In this document: positions 27,801 to 35,439 of the stretch, piece after piece
Layout: each line of letters starts with the position of its first letter
Numbering within the stretch: the stretch's first letter is position 1
NCBI GenBank assembly: GCA_002171315.2
Contig: NHFS02000013.1
Span: 1,062-65,061 of the forward strand
Direction: 5' to 3'
Length of the DNA: 64,000 nucleotides
Source: Euryarchaeota archaeon TMED117
Lineage (GTDB): Archaea > Thermoplasmatota > Poseidoniia > Poseidoniales > Poseidoniaceae
Position numbers and translations under genes: made by a program
The notes under the pieces: generated by a model
Told to the model about the DNA's origin: nothing
The model's input: the letters and a program-made list of their open reading frames with translations, nothing else
The model's database searches: none

Positions 27801-30169
27801 TTGGTCCACCTGCACCTGGTGGGCAAAGTATTACGGTGAATATTCAAGATAGTGTAGATCCGCCAACACAGCTTACTTTCCATTATTGGATTGGATGCAA
27901 ATCAACGGTTGCTTTAGGTTGTCATGATTTCAACTTTGATGGCTTGCCTCAAGAAGATGAATATACTGAGAAGACCTTCTCATCTCCAGAGACAATCACT
28001 GGTGGGCTGAATATTTTTAGTGGCCTTATTGATGATTCAATGTTGACTCACGGGCAATTCGTCTCATTCTTTGTTACTGGTAAGGATTCACAACAAAATC
28101 AGGTCGCAATGGGTGGCGGTCCAGTCTGTCCACCAACCCCGCAAATTTGTGGTTATGCGCCAGGCCAAGTCATGCCAAGTTGGGATGCTGATCTCTCCAC
28201 TTACCAAATACGTCAAGAATTTGAACCAGAAGTGGATTTGACAAATTCAAGTATCGTTGGGCATGATGATGAGGACCCTCTCCATCCTGGTGTGATGTAT
28301 ACTGCTCAGGTTGTTCTTTCCGATCGTAACGGGTGGGATGATATTCAATTTGTTCAATTCGCCCTTGGTGAAGATGTGAATGACGAGGAAACTTCAATCT
28401 TCATACAACTTCAAGAAGACGAGAATGGAATGCCAAAGGCTCATCTCGAATCAGGTGGAGAATACATTGCAGTCTCGAACCTCTACTCTGAAATTTCGAC
28501 CTTTGAAGGCAATGCAAGCCAACTTTTGATCCGTGCAAGGTTCCAATTGACTTGGTCCTTCCCAGAATCCTTTGATACCGATGGAGAAACGCTCTTTATT
28601 CCTGTTTTACGTGTTACTGATAAACCATGTAATGAAGGCGAAGAGACACCTTGTTTCACAAAGATTTCAGGTCTTGGAAACGATGCATGGAGTCTTGATA
28701 ATGACTTTAGATTCGATACTGAATCAGGACACATCAAAGCCGTAGAACTTCGTGATGGTACAAATCATTACAACGATGAAGTCGAAGAGACTCTCATAGG
28801 ATCTGGACAAGCTCTACGAGTTACTGGACGTGTCTTGTTTAGCGAAGATGAAACACCTGCGCCACCAGGCGCTTTCGATGTTGTCTTTGGGGATTTCGAC
28901 CACGTTTGGAAAACGTCACCTCGCCAAAATGGTGAATTCAGTTTAGATCTCTTGGTGCCATCCGTCAACAGTGGCCATCTTGACCTTCGACTGCAATTAT
29001 CTGATTTACCTGGTCTTGCAATGGATGAAACAGATCCACTACCTCGTGTTCGTTTGGCTGTTGACAGTTCAAACCCATCCATTCAAACAGTCATGCTGAA
29101 TGAAGTTCCTGCTGGTTCTCCGATTTCTATTGGTGAAGCAAATTCGTTACTTGTCATGCTTGAAACAGTCGATGATAATGGATTTGACCTCGACCGACCT
29201 GCGGTACTTCACTACAGAATACGTGCTGGTGAAGCAGAAATCTCCCGTGGTGCCTCAGCTCTTCCAGAAACACTTCCATTTGGTGACCAATTTTTCTGGA
29301 CAGGTAGTATTGACTTGACTGATATGGGAGCAACGACATTGTTACCATCTTACGTCGTAGATGTCTGGGTATCTGGTTCAGATGCTTCTGGAAATCCATT
29401 TGTTACGCTAAACAATAATGTTGCAGAACCCTTTGCATCGTGGCCGTTAGCTCTCCTTGGACCTAGCATTTCTTTCGATGATGAAGATACATCTATTCAA
29501 TGGAGTAATCCAAGCCCAGTCCAAGGTTCATCATCAGAACTTGAAATTAGTGTGGCAAATAAAGGTGGAAAAGGAGAACTTTCCTTCATTCTTCAACGAC
29601 TTGTAGAGGGCGGTAATTGGAACGCGGAATCAAATACGACCATTCCTGTTGCTGCAGGCCTTAGTGCATCGGTTTCTCTGCCGATTATCGCAGAAGTCGG
29701 ACCTGGTGAATCTCAGGAATACAGGCTCCTGGTTACAGTCGATGGGGTTGAAATGGATCGAATGACAGTTGATCCACTCATTGTAAAGAAAGAGACTATT
29801 CGCGATGGAGATGCTCTTGCGGAACAAGCTGGTGAGAGTCAGTTTGCAATTTTCATGTACATAGTCGCCATTGGATCACTCTCGGCATTCCTATGGATGC
29901 TTGTGATGTATCGGAAGATGAAGTACGGAGATGAAGAATTCGAATCTGACCAAACTGATGTCGTAGTCGAAGAAATGGAAGCAAAGATTGTGCCTCAAAT
30001 CGATATTCCACAACCTACAGAACCAGTTGCTCTACCAGCACCAATACCTGCAGTTTCAACAGATGCTAGGGGTATTGCGCCTTTACCTCCAACTGGCTTA
30101 CCCGAGGGATGGACGCAAGAACAATGGAACCATTTTGGTTGGCAATACATCGATTCATTCAAACTGTGA
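24809..30169 (+). CDS. giant surface protein: signal peptide, large ectodomain of unrecognised folds, C-terminal TM anchor and Trp-rich tail
   Basis: 1786-codon ORF. The signal-like N-terminus is RRTLAALLLSLFIGMSMSPLSELWIENAEA. The C-terminal TM helix is FAIFMYIVAIGSLSAFLWMLVMY. It is followed by an acidic stretch, a Pro-rich linker and GLPEGWTQEQWNHFGWQYIDSFKL at the end. The ATG lies 49 nt after the preceding stop. Confidence 0.85.
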   Translation: MSGNFVSRRTLAALLLSLFIGMSMSPLSELWIENAEAAEVARHTYEFSDGTTEYIALYQGGNADSGAKISLPKGAEVTDVQMTLSGASATGWSSIPTTTRDHWVAGEASNTDNKSSDLTLAMANVSQAFNAHSIDEAVNPSSTAWLDNGTYAVRQPHTSNSTDALFSQQRKLTPNSLNAQGQGAILRHHDWLYLSTWSSTSFHNIVHRLYPNNGTRESIITLDQNGCTLPSKHSSSYYGQWGFRDWVVTDDERLFAVLSGYKYFYTSTANTMYHRVIEFDISNENEWVCLNSFQPQGNGDYTGITYDPVDDKIWILHNQNRRIQSYQLDDSGNLERGDKHFTFQTSSSSIWQCGVSNQQARGLEMNETHFFMRCQDGQYYNDRDQLEAWGRSGTATALIPENSIRSISSLGYGLFYDGQRFLTVDSGYSTWSSTPSYHEFGTSWQYKTTPAPGTTTWFGPVITTAEDVLSVNMETLWSAASIGDRVDYWVSADNGTHWVQVESNTTVHFQHPGTELVWKATLIGSTAVSWWVDLEYSTEYETSGTWISPAKPTGTKVGKVRPQWTAFQDPSTTLTVQVSNDDGTTWQPAENMVETSFSTDGAGNLLRYAVTMTTTDPYITPVLDSLELFYEEGYPDKPKIDVGYDGVYDWKSILFLNESSINVNDDSVVGEDVEFQPTLVDAFNDFIPDNGDGFVEVPLAIKAQTSGRVKITNIDVSYKMNTHAINAVFEGGMAAPDGIARNLIIKVAHGDEVNYVTEVIAALNNSHGQNPSFKWQQGDTCSTLDDAGGIVYFDVSNCSSSIDSNDVRTIRIPITVDWSWDDEQSTEAILTVKDSFGTAVSNWDTENMELRVENDIQLDGLQVFDEDGRQLFTQDWVRGGQNISFLGKIHFESSQLSPLAGEFELRVLGQNVTFDGDPIGQPIVLAQEANPSFGSYNLTFVSPIESAPGGMIFYVEAINLPNGSEYSNPGYNTIRLILDGNSPLVIAATPFDGQERHVGPPAPGGQSITVNIQDSVDPPTQLTFHYWIGCKSTVALGCHDFNFDGLPQEDEYTEKTFSSPETITGGLNIFSGLIDDSMLTHGQFVSFFVTGKDSQQNQVAMGGGPVCPPTPQICGYAPGQVMPSWDADLSTYQIRQEFEPEVDLTNSSIVGHDDEDPLHPGVMYTAQVVLSDRNGWDDIQFVQFALGEDVNDEETSIFIQLQEDENGMPKAHLESGGEYIAVSNLYSEISTFEGNASQLLIRARFQLTWSFPESFDTDGETLFIPVLRVTDKPCNEGEETPCFTKISGLGNDAWSLDNDFRFDTESGHIKAVELRDGTNHYNDEVEETLIGSGQALRVTGRVLFSEDETPAPPGAFDVVFGDFDHVWKTSPRQNGEFSLDLLVPSVNSGHLDLRLQLSDLPGLAMDETDPLPRVRLAVDSSNPSIQTVMLNEVPAGSPISIGEANSLLVMLETVDDNGFDLDRPAVLHYRIRAGEAEISRGASALPETLPFGDQFFWTGSIDLTDMGATTLLPSYVVDVWVSGSDASGNPFVTLNNNVAEPFASWPLALLGPSISFDDEDTSIQWSNPSPVQGSSSELEISVANKGGKGELSFILQRLVEGGNWNAESNTTIPVAAGLSASVSLPIIAEVGPGESQEYRLLVTVDGVEMDRMTVDPLIVKKETIRDGDALAEQAGESQFAIFMYIVAIGSLSAFLWMLVMYRKMKYGDEEFESDQTDVVVEEMEAKIVPQIDIPQPTEPVALPAPIPAVSTDARGIAPLPPTGLPEGWTQEQWNHFGWQYIDSFKL
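30095..30148 (+). other. C-terminal Trp-rich tail motif: GLPEGWTQEQWNHFGWQY
   Basis: It ends 6 residues before the C-terminus of the 24809-30169 product. It matches GLPDGWTMEQWNHYGEQY at 60425-60478 at 14 of 18 residues. The two loci share the identical 16-mer GAACAATGGAACCATT (30119-30134 and 60449-60464) and the identical 8-mer GGATGGAC (30107-30114 and 60437-60444). Confidence 0.75.
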
Positions 30170-30178
30170 GGCGCTCGT

Positions 30179-30619
30179 ATGTCTGACTCTGATGCTATGG
30201 TTACGCTGCAAGAGCGTATGGTGAATCTCATTGGTCAACTAACGATGCCTGTGGTGGAAGTTGCTCTCGTTTTACAACATCACATCCATGGTATGATGAT
30301 TTCATTAACGCAACACGTCGCCCAATCTGGAGGTCAATTAAACGATAAGGTTGCGAATCCGTGGCCAATCGTATCTCCAGATGAGAGCATTGATTCGCAA
30401 ATAGGATTTGATGTTGAGAAAGTTCTGAAGATTGTTGATCAAGATCGAATGGATATTCTCTCAACCCTGATAAGAGTCACACTTATCGAGACTGAAATGA
30501 ATCTCATAGAAGGAATTCTTGCTCTACGATCTTGGGAACAACTTGTGCGTCAACAACTTGCAGATGCAAATGGTCCAGGCCAACTCTTTTCACCCATAGA
30601 TTTGCCAGAGGAATGGTGA
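30179..30619 (+). CDS. hypothetical small soluble protein (146 aa)
   Basis: The ATG lies 9 nt after the stop of the giant gene. There is no hydrophobic segment long enough for a TM helix. The protein ends in PIDLPEEW. I recognise no family. Confidence 0.6.
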   Translation: MSDSDAMVTLQERMVNLIGQLTMPVVEVALVLQHHIHGMMISLTQHVAQSGGQLNDKVANPWPIVSPDESIDSQIGFDVEKVLKIVDQDRMDILSTLIRVTLIETEMNLIEGILALRSWEQLVRQQLADANGPGQLFSPIDLPEEW

Positions 30620-30643
30620 GTTAGTGAAATTCAAGAAGCACCT

Positions 30644-31453
30644 ATGGATGGGAACACCATGAGCAAACAATCAATGCTCGGTATTCTCCTTGCTTCACTT
30701 CTTGTCACCGTGCCTATGGCAGGCTGCATTGACGAAATTACAGATGTTTTGGATGAAGGAGAATCATGGGGCAAAGTCGGCGGCTTGACACTTGCATGTT
30801 TGCGAAGTGACACATACTCCAACATGGTTGTAGAGATTGATTATGCTCCGGGATATGCTCCAGAGAGTAGCACTGTTTCTTTACTCAAACAACGACTTGA
30901 ACAGGTTTGTGACAAACCAGGTGGTATTTCGATGAAATTGAACGAAGAAACCTTTTCTGAGACCTCTTCCTGGAACGCAGATTTAGTTCGTTCCGTTGGA
31001 CATGATACGATGGATGAATCACCGTTAAGCGGTTCTACTCTTCGATGGCATGTCATCATGCCTCAAGGCAGTTATTCCGATGACAGTGTCTTAGGTGTTG
31101 CAGTTGATGCTTCTACGATTGCTTTGTTTGGTGACTCCATTGATGATGCTAATGGATTGTTCAATAGGCCTTCTTCCGAAGAGGTTGAAAACAGTGTTAT
31201 GATTCATGAATTTGGTCATCTACTCGGTCTTGTGAATCTCGTTTATACTTCACCAGCTGACCACGAAGATGATGATCATCCAGGTCATTCAAATAATGAT
31301 GAATCTGTGATGTATTGGGCTGTCGAATCACAAAGTTTAAACTCATTTTTTACAGGAAACTTGCCGAATGAGTTTGATGCTGATGATTTAGCAGATATGG
31401 AAGGCATGAAGTCGGGTGAACTCTCATGTTCAGACCAGTTGTGGCGGCCTTAA
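30644..31453 (+). CDS. zinc metalloprotease, HExxH type with a candidate Met-turn; probable lipoprotein
   Basis: SVMIHEFGHLLGLVN...HPGHSNNDESVMYW, i.e. HExxHxxG followed by a downstream His/Asp-rich segment and SVMY. The N-terminus LLASLLVTVPMAGCIDE is lipobox-like (A-G-C). The start lies 24 nt after the previous stop. Confidence 0.7.
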   Translation: MDGNTMSKQSMLGILLASLLVTVPMAGCIDEITDVLDEGESWGKVGGLTLACLRSDTYSNMVVEIDYAPGYAPESSTVSLLKQRLEQVCDKPGGISMKLNEETFSETSSWNADLVRSVGHDTMDESPLSGSTLRWHVIMPQGSYSDDSVLGVAVDASTIALFGDSIDDANGLFNRPSSEEVENSVMIHEFGHLLGLVNLVYTSPADHEDDDHPGHSNNDESVMYWAVESQSLNSFFTGNLPNEFDADDLADMEGMKSGELSCSDQLWRP

Positions 31454-31764
31454 TTCTTCTTTGAATTTGATACTATGATGGTTGCATCTCTCCATGCATC
31501 ATAGATTGACCAAAGCCAAAGTGGAATATAGAGAATGATTGTAAGCGCTAATGGAATTTGAAGCAGGCTCCAGTCAAAGGCTCTTCGATGTTTTCTGTTG
31601 AAGTGTTGGCCTAAGAAGAGTCCTGGGATTGCAGCAAGTAGTGCTGCAAAAATCGGCCGAAAAGCCCCCCAAAGGCCAACTCCGAGGAAGATCTCTCTCC
31701 AAATCTCTCGAACCAATCGTATTGGTGAAAGTTTGGTTTGAGTTGTAGAACTCATAGGCTTCAA
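31450..31764 (-). CDS. small integral membrane protein
   Basis: 104 aa with two to three hydrophobic helices (IFLGVGLWGAFRPIFAALLAAIPGLFLG and IPLALTIILYIPLWLWSIY). Its stop codon overlaps the stop of the convergent metalloprotease gene (TTAA at 31450-31453). Confidence 0.55.
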   Translation of the reverse strand: MKPMSSTTQTKLSPIRLVREIWREIFLGVGLWGAFRPIFAALLAAIPGLFLGQHFNRKHRRAFDWSLLQIPLALTIILYIPLWLWSIYDAWRDATIIVSNSKKN

Positions 31765-31843
31765 ACCTCGGTAGGGCCATTAGTTTGTGAATCTGTTGCC
31801 AACTTTGCATCATAATCAAGAACATTCGATACTAGGGCAGGTC

Positions 31844-32830
31844 ATGCCAAGGGTCTTATTGACAGGTTTCACTCCCTTTGGAGAACATGTTGAAAATATC
31901 TCTGAGAAACTCGTACATTCAATGCCATCAGTCCTCCCAATCAGTAATCCATTCGGTCCAGGTGGAAGTGAAATCTCTGTTGAGAAGAAGATCCTAACAG
32001 TTGACCTTGCAGGATCAACATGGACACGTGATGAATTACATTCAAGAGAATGGGATGCTATTCTCCATCTCGGTCTCTGTGGGGAATGCACTGAACCGAG
32101 AATTGAACTCCGAGCTCAAGATCGTCTCAATATGAACATTCCCGATAATTCAGGTCGCCAATCTGTTGATGAATCCATCAGCGGAAATGGGGATCTTCTA
32201 ACTCCGGTCCAAGTGAAACGTTGGAATCTTCAATCGTGGAAAATAAAACCAACATTATCCTCTGATGCTGGTACCTATCTTTGCAATGAGACCTATTATC
32301 GTACTCTACAAGCGCTTGACGCCTCAGAGGTCGATGTCCCATGTTTATTTCTTCATCTCCCAAATTCGTCACATCTTACAATATCAGAAGGGATACAACT
32401 TATCCGCGATGTGATTTCACACATGCTGTATCGACCATCGATACAAGTTGCTGCGGGAGTATTTCATTCTGAAACTCAATTCCTTGCGATGCAAAGGGCT
32501 AATTCTGAGCCCAAACCAGGAAAATGGGAGTTTCCTGGAGGCAGTGTAGAACCAGATGAATCTCCTGAGGTTGCGATGATTCGTGAATTGAAAGAAGAAC
32601 TTGGAGTAGATTCGGAGATTAATGAAAAATTGGGCATTTGGCCATTTACATATCCTTTCTTACACGTTGACATACACGTTTTCCTCGTCTCTACGAAAGA
32701 TTCTCTCGACATGTCATCATTGGCAGTTCATGAGTCAATGAAATGGGTCAGTTCAGATGAGGCTTTCAAGCTCGATTGGTTGGAAGCAGATATTCCAATT
32801 GTGAAACATCTTCAGAAATTGGGCTACTGA
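31844..32830 (+). CDS. fusion protein: pyroglutamyl peptidase I (peptidase C15) N-terminal domain plus Nudix (MutT-like) hydrolase C-terminal domain
   Basis: The PCP hallmarks are VLLTGFTPFG at the N-terminus, the Glu context PRIELRAQD, the Cys context DAGTYLCNETYY and the His context CLFLHLP. A canonical Nudix box GGSVEPDESPEVAMIRELKEELGV (Gx5Ex7REUxEExGU) lies at 32540-32608. The ORF track starts at 31787; I prefer the ATG at 31844 (MPRVLLTGF...). Confidence 0.8.
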   Translation: MPRVLLTGFTPFGEHVENISEKLVHSMPSVLPISNPFGPGGSEISVEKKILTVDLAGSTWTRDELHSREWDAILHLGLCGECTEPRIELRAQDRLNMNIPDNSGRQSVDESISGNGDLLTPVQVKRWNLQSWKIKPTLSSDAGTYLCNETYYRTLQALDASEVDVPCLFLHLPNSSHLTISEGIQLIRDVISHMLYRPSIQVAAGVFHSETQFLAMQRANSEPKPGKWEFPGGSVEPDESPEVAMIRELKEELGVDSEINEKLGIWPFTYPFLHVDIHVFLVSTKDSLDMSSLAVHESMKWVSSDEAFKLDWLEADIPIVKHLQKLGY

Positions 32831-33336
32831 TGCCAAGTTGCGGCTTCTCCATCTTGGAGCATTGCTAAATCATCGTTTAATTGCCGAGGAATTTCCTGTC
32901 GACCATTGTGCCATGTGACTGCTTCGATCCAATCTGCAAGTCCAGATCCTTGCAACTGTATTGTGAAGCAACCACCGAGAGGGACTTCTTCGTAGGTAAA
33001 TGCGATTTTATTTGCAAATGCTGCGAGTCTTGAAATTGAAAACGAAGTCGAATTTCCATCCAAGTTCTTAGCCATAGCATCCATTGCTGTATCCAATATT
33101 GCCTGTTGGCGAATAAGGGTAAGGAACGTCTCTAAAGATAAATTGAGACACTCAATGACAGCATTACGTTGAGATGGAAACGTTTCTTCTTCGAGTGGAT
33201 CAAATGATGCCTCAGGAAAGAGATTTAACACGGCTTCTGAAATTTTATCCTCATCATCGCCAGGTTTCAGAATCGTTGACAATGTGACTGAAATACCTTC
33301 ATCTCTGCCATTATAGGTCAATGGTTTGATGTCCAT
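32824..33336 (-). CDS. UPF0201/COG1931-like putative RNA-binding protein
   Basis: ISVTLSTILKPGDDEDKISEAVLNLFPEA resembles the conserved V-x-V-x3-V-x-PTED-x2-KV-x2-A-x2-N-x-FP N-terminal signature of the family. Starting at M34 (33336) puts this motif near the N-terminus, as in family members. It also removes a 22-nt divergent overlap with the GT2 gene. The ORF-track start at 33435 remains possible. Confidence 0.4.
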   Translation of the reverse strand: MDIKPLTYNGRDEGISVTLSTILKPGDDEDKISEAVLNLFPEASFDPLEEETFPSQRNAVIECLNLSLETFLTLIRQQAILDTAMDAMAKNLDGNSTSFSISRLAAFANKIAFTYEEVPLGGCFTIQLQGSGLADWIEAVTWHNGRQEIPRQLNDDLAMLQDGEAATWHQ

Positions 33337-33413
33337 GCGCCTATGGATGCATAAACCGCTTTTCAACCTGCTTCTAAGGTGAAGAGTCAAAACCACATCT
33401 TCGATGTCGATGT

Positions 33414-34439
33414 ATGGCGGCAGCATCTCACCCATGGTTAGCCACCGTTATCCCCGTGTTCAATGAAGAACTTCATATCAAAAATTGCCTCTCTTCTTTG
33501 ATGTCTCAAACGCTCGCATCAAATGAACACATGATTTTCGTTATTGATGGAGGTTCTACTGATTCAACTCTCTCTCATGTGAAGGATATGATTGAGGAAT
33601 CAAAGAATAGTAACGGACCAAGAATTGTCCTATTGAACAACGAGAATAGATTTGTTCCTCATGCAAGAAATATGGCTTTGAAACAACTTCCTGAAGAGAT
33701 CACTCATGTTCTCGAATACAATGGCCATATCTCTTCGAAACCAGACCATCTTATCCGTTTGAAATCAGAATGGGACCGTCTTGCGAAACAGGATCCTTCG
33801 ATTGGAGCATTGGGCTGTAAAGTTCTTGGAAGTACTCACAAGAATACGATTGTTGAATCGCTTATCGATGAAACTCTTCAAAATCCTCTCGGTGGAGGTC
33901 CTGGGCAATTTGCGACATTTACAAAGGCAGGTAAAACCAACACCCCTGCTTTCGCACTTCATTTACGAAGTGCTCTGGAAACGATTGGAGGATGGGACGA
34001 GTCCTTCATTACGAGTCAAGATAGCGATCTGAGTATGCGATTATTGAAGAATGGATACACGCTTTATCGAACTCCACTCATAACTGTTGAAATGAAGCGA
34101 AGATCTTCTCTCAAATCTTGGTATCTAATGAGTCATCGTTATGGGTTTTGGAGGACAAAGGTACTGTTGAAACATCCTTCTAGAATTGTCCTGCGAGAAT
34201 TCTTTCCTATGCTCGGTGCTCTCATTACGATAGGACTCTTTGTTATGAATATCCAATGGGGTCTTCTTCCTATCGTGGCTTATGCATCAGTACTCGCCAT
34301 ATCGGGTGTATATGCTTCAAGGAAGGGCATTCAGCACCTCTTGGGAGTGCCTCTGTGTCTTTTGATTCTTCACACTGGTTTCACAATCGGTCTCATCGAT
34401 GGAAGCATTCGAAAGGGTCGCGCTCCACGTGATCGATAA
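33414..34439 (+). CDS. family 2 glycosyltransferase with C-terminal TM helices
   Basis: VIPVFNEELHIKNCLSSL, FVIDGGSTDST and FITSQDSDLSMRL are typical GT2 (GT-A) motifs. The C-terminal hydrophobic helices are FFPMLGALITIGLFVMNI, LLPIVAYASVLAISGVYA and LLGVPLCLLILHTGFTIGLI. Confidence 0.8.
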   Translation: MAAASHPWLATVIPVFNEELHIKNCLSSLMSQTLASNEHMIFVIDGGSTDSTLSHVKDMIEESKNSNGPRIVLLNNENRFVPHARNMALKQLPEEITHVLEYNGHISSKPDHLIRLKSEWDRLAKQDPSIGALGCKVLGSTHKNTIVESLIDETLQNPLGGGPGQFATFTKAGKTNTPAFALHLRSALETIGGWDESFITSQDSDLSMRLLKNGYTLYRTPLITVEMKRRSSLKSWYLMSHRYGFWRTKVLLKHPSRIVLREFFPMLGALITIGLFVMNIQWGLLPIVAYASVLAISGVYASRKGIQHLLGVPLCLLILHTGFTIGLIDGSIRKGRAPRDR

Positions 34440-34469
34440 CAAACAATAAGAGAGAATACATAAGAAGCA

Positions 34470-35417
34470 ATGTCTGGAGTTCATGCTATGACGACAAGGA
34501 AAACGACAGCAATAGGATTGTTTCTGTTGCCCCTTTTTGTCATGGCAAGTTTGCAAGTTGTAGTTGATCCACTCGGGGACATAATCGCATTAAGTTGGAT
34601 TTATTTTGCCATCTGGTATGGACTTGGGGCTTTGATTGGATTTATACTCTTCAAACGAACTCAAGTCACCAAAGATCATGAATATCGACGATTTGAAATC
34701 ATGAAGAAGATGAAGAATGTTTACGAAGCTGAATCCAAGGGTGTTTGGGAAAAAGATGTTGAACTAAATCCTGATGTGACTCTCAACAAAGATGCTCTTA
34801 ATTCAACCATAGGAACGTTTGACAGAGAAGCCCCGGAACTACAGGTGGAGGAAGATGAGCCGTCAGAAGTACGTCTTCTCACCGAGCAAGGATTTGTGCA
34901 AAAAGCGACAAACCGATTATCTGGTAAAACAGATTTTGATGGAGAAGAGATAGATTCTACTGTTGGTTCAATTCGTAAGAAAAGTTGGATGGATGGCGTC
35001 ATTGACAGTATCTATGGCTTCTTTGGCAGGGATACAGAAGCAGAGCGTGAAGAAAAGAGAATGCAACGCTTGCATTCCAATGCTCAACAATCTCCTGTTG
35101 TGGCACAGCGACCTATAGCACCGATTCAGAAGGTCAAGGGTTCTTCTGAGACCAATTCAAAGGACTCAGGAACAATGACATCGATGAGCGATGATGGTGG
35201 GATTATATCTTCAATCGAAGTTGAGAGTAAAGAATTACCAACAATACCGAGTACACCCAGTCAATCGATTGAATCAATGGCTATGCTTGGAAATAGTCAA
35301 CCCTCGTCGGTTGTGATTCAGCCATCTGGATCGAGTCTCGTTTGCTCCAGTTGCGGATTTAGTAATCCTCCTGGTGAGCGTTATTGTCAATCTTGTGGAA
35401 GCACTCTTTCATCCTAA
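34470..35417 (+). CDS. membrane protein with a disordered cytoplasmic region and a C-terminal zinc ribbon
   Basis: There are two N-terminal TM helices (AIGLFLLPLFVMASLQVVV and WIYFAIWYGLGALIGFILF), then a charged low-complexity middle region. The C-terminus is CSSCGFSNPPGERYCQSCG (CxxC-x10-CxxC). Confidence 0.7.
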   Translation: MSGVHAMTTRKTTAIGLFLLPLFVMASLQVVVDPLGDIIALSWIYFAIWYGLGALIGFILFKRTQVTKDHEYRRFEIMKKMKNVYEAESKGVWEKDVELNPDVTLNKDALNSTIGTFDREAPELQVEEDEPSEVRLLTEQGFVQKATNRLSGKTDFDGEEIDSTVGSIRKKSWMDGVIDSIYGFFGRDTEAEREEKRMQRLHSNAQQSPVVAQRPIAPIQKVKGSSETNSKDSGTMTSMSDDGGIISSIEVESKELPTIPSTPSQSIESMAMLGNSQPSSVVIQPSGSSLVCSSCGFSNPPGERYCQSCGSTLSS

Positions 35418-35439
35418 TTACATCGTGAGGTTTTAGTGG

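Noticed and set aside
33414-33435. Apparent 22-nt head-to-head overlap of the GT2 gene and the divergent 203-aa ORF
   Set aside because: This is probably a start-site artefact. Starting the minus-strand gene at M34 (33336) places its conserved PTED-like motif near the N-terminus, as in UPF0201 proteins, and removes the overlap. I cannot exclude the longer form.
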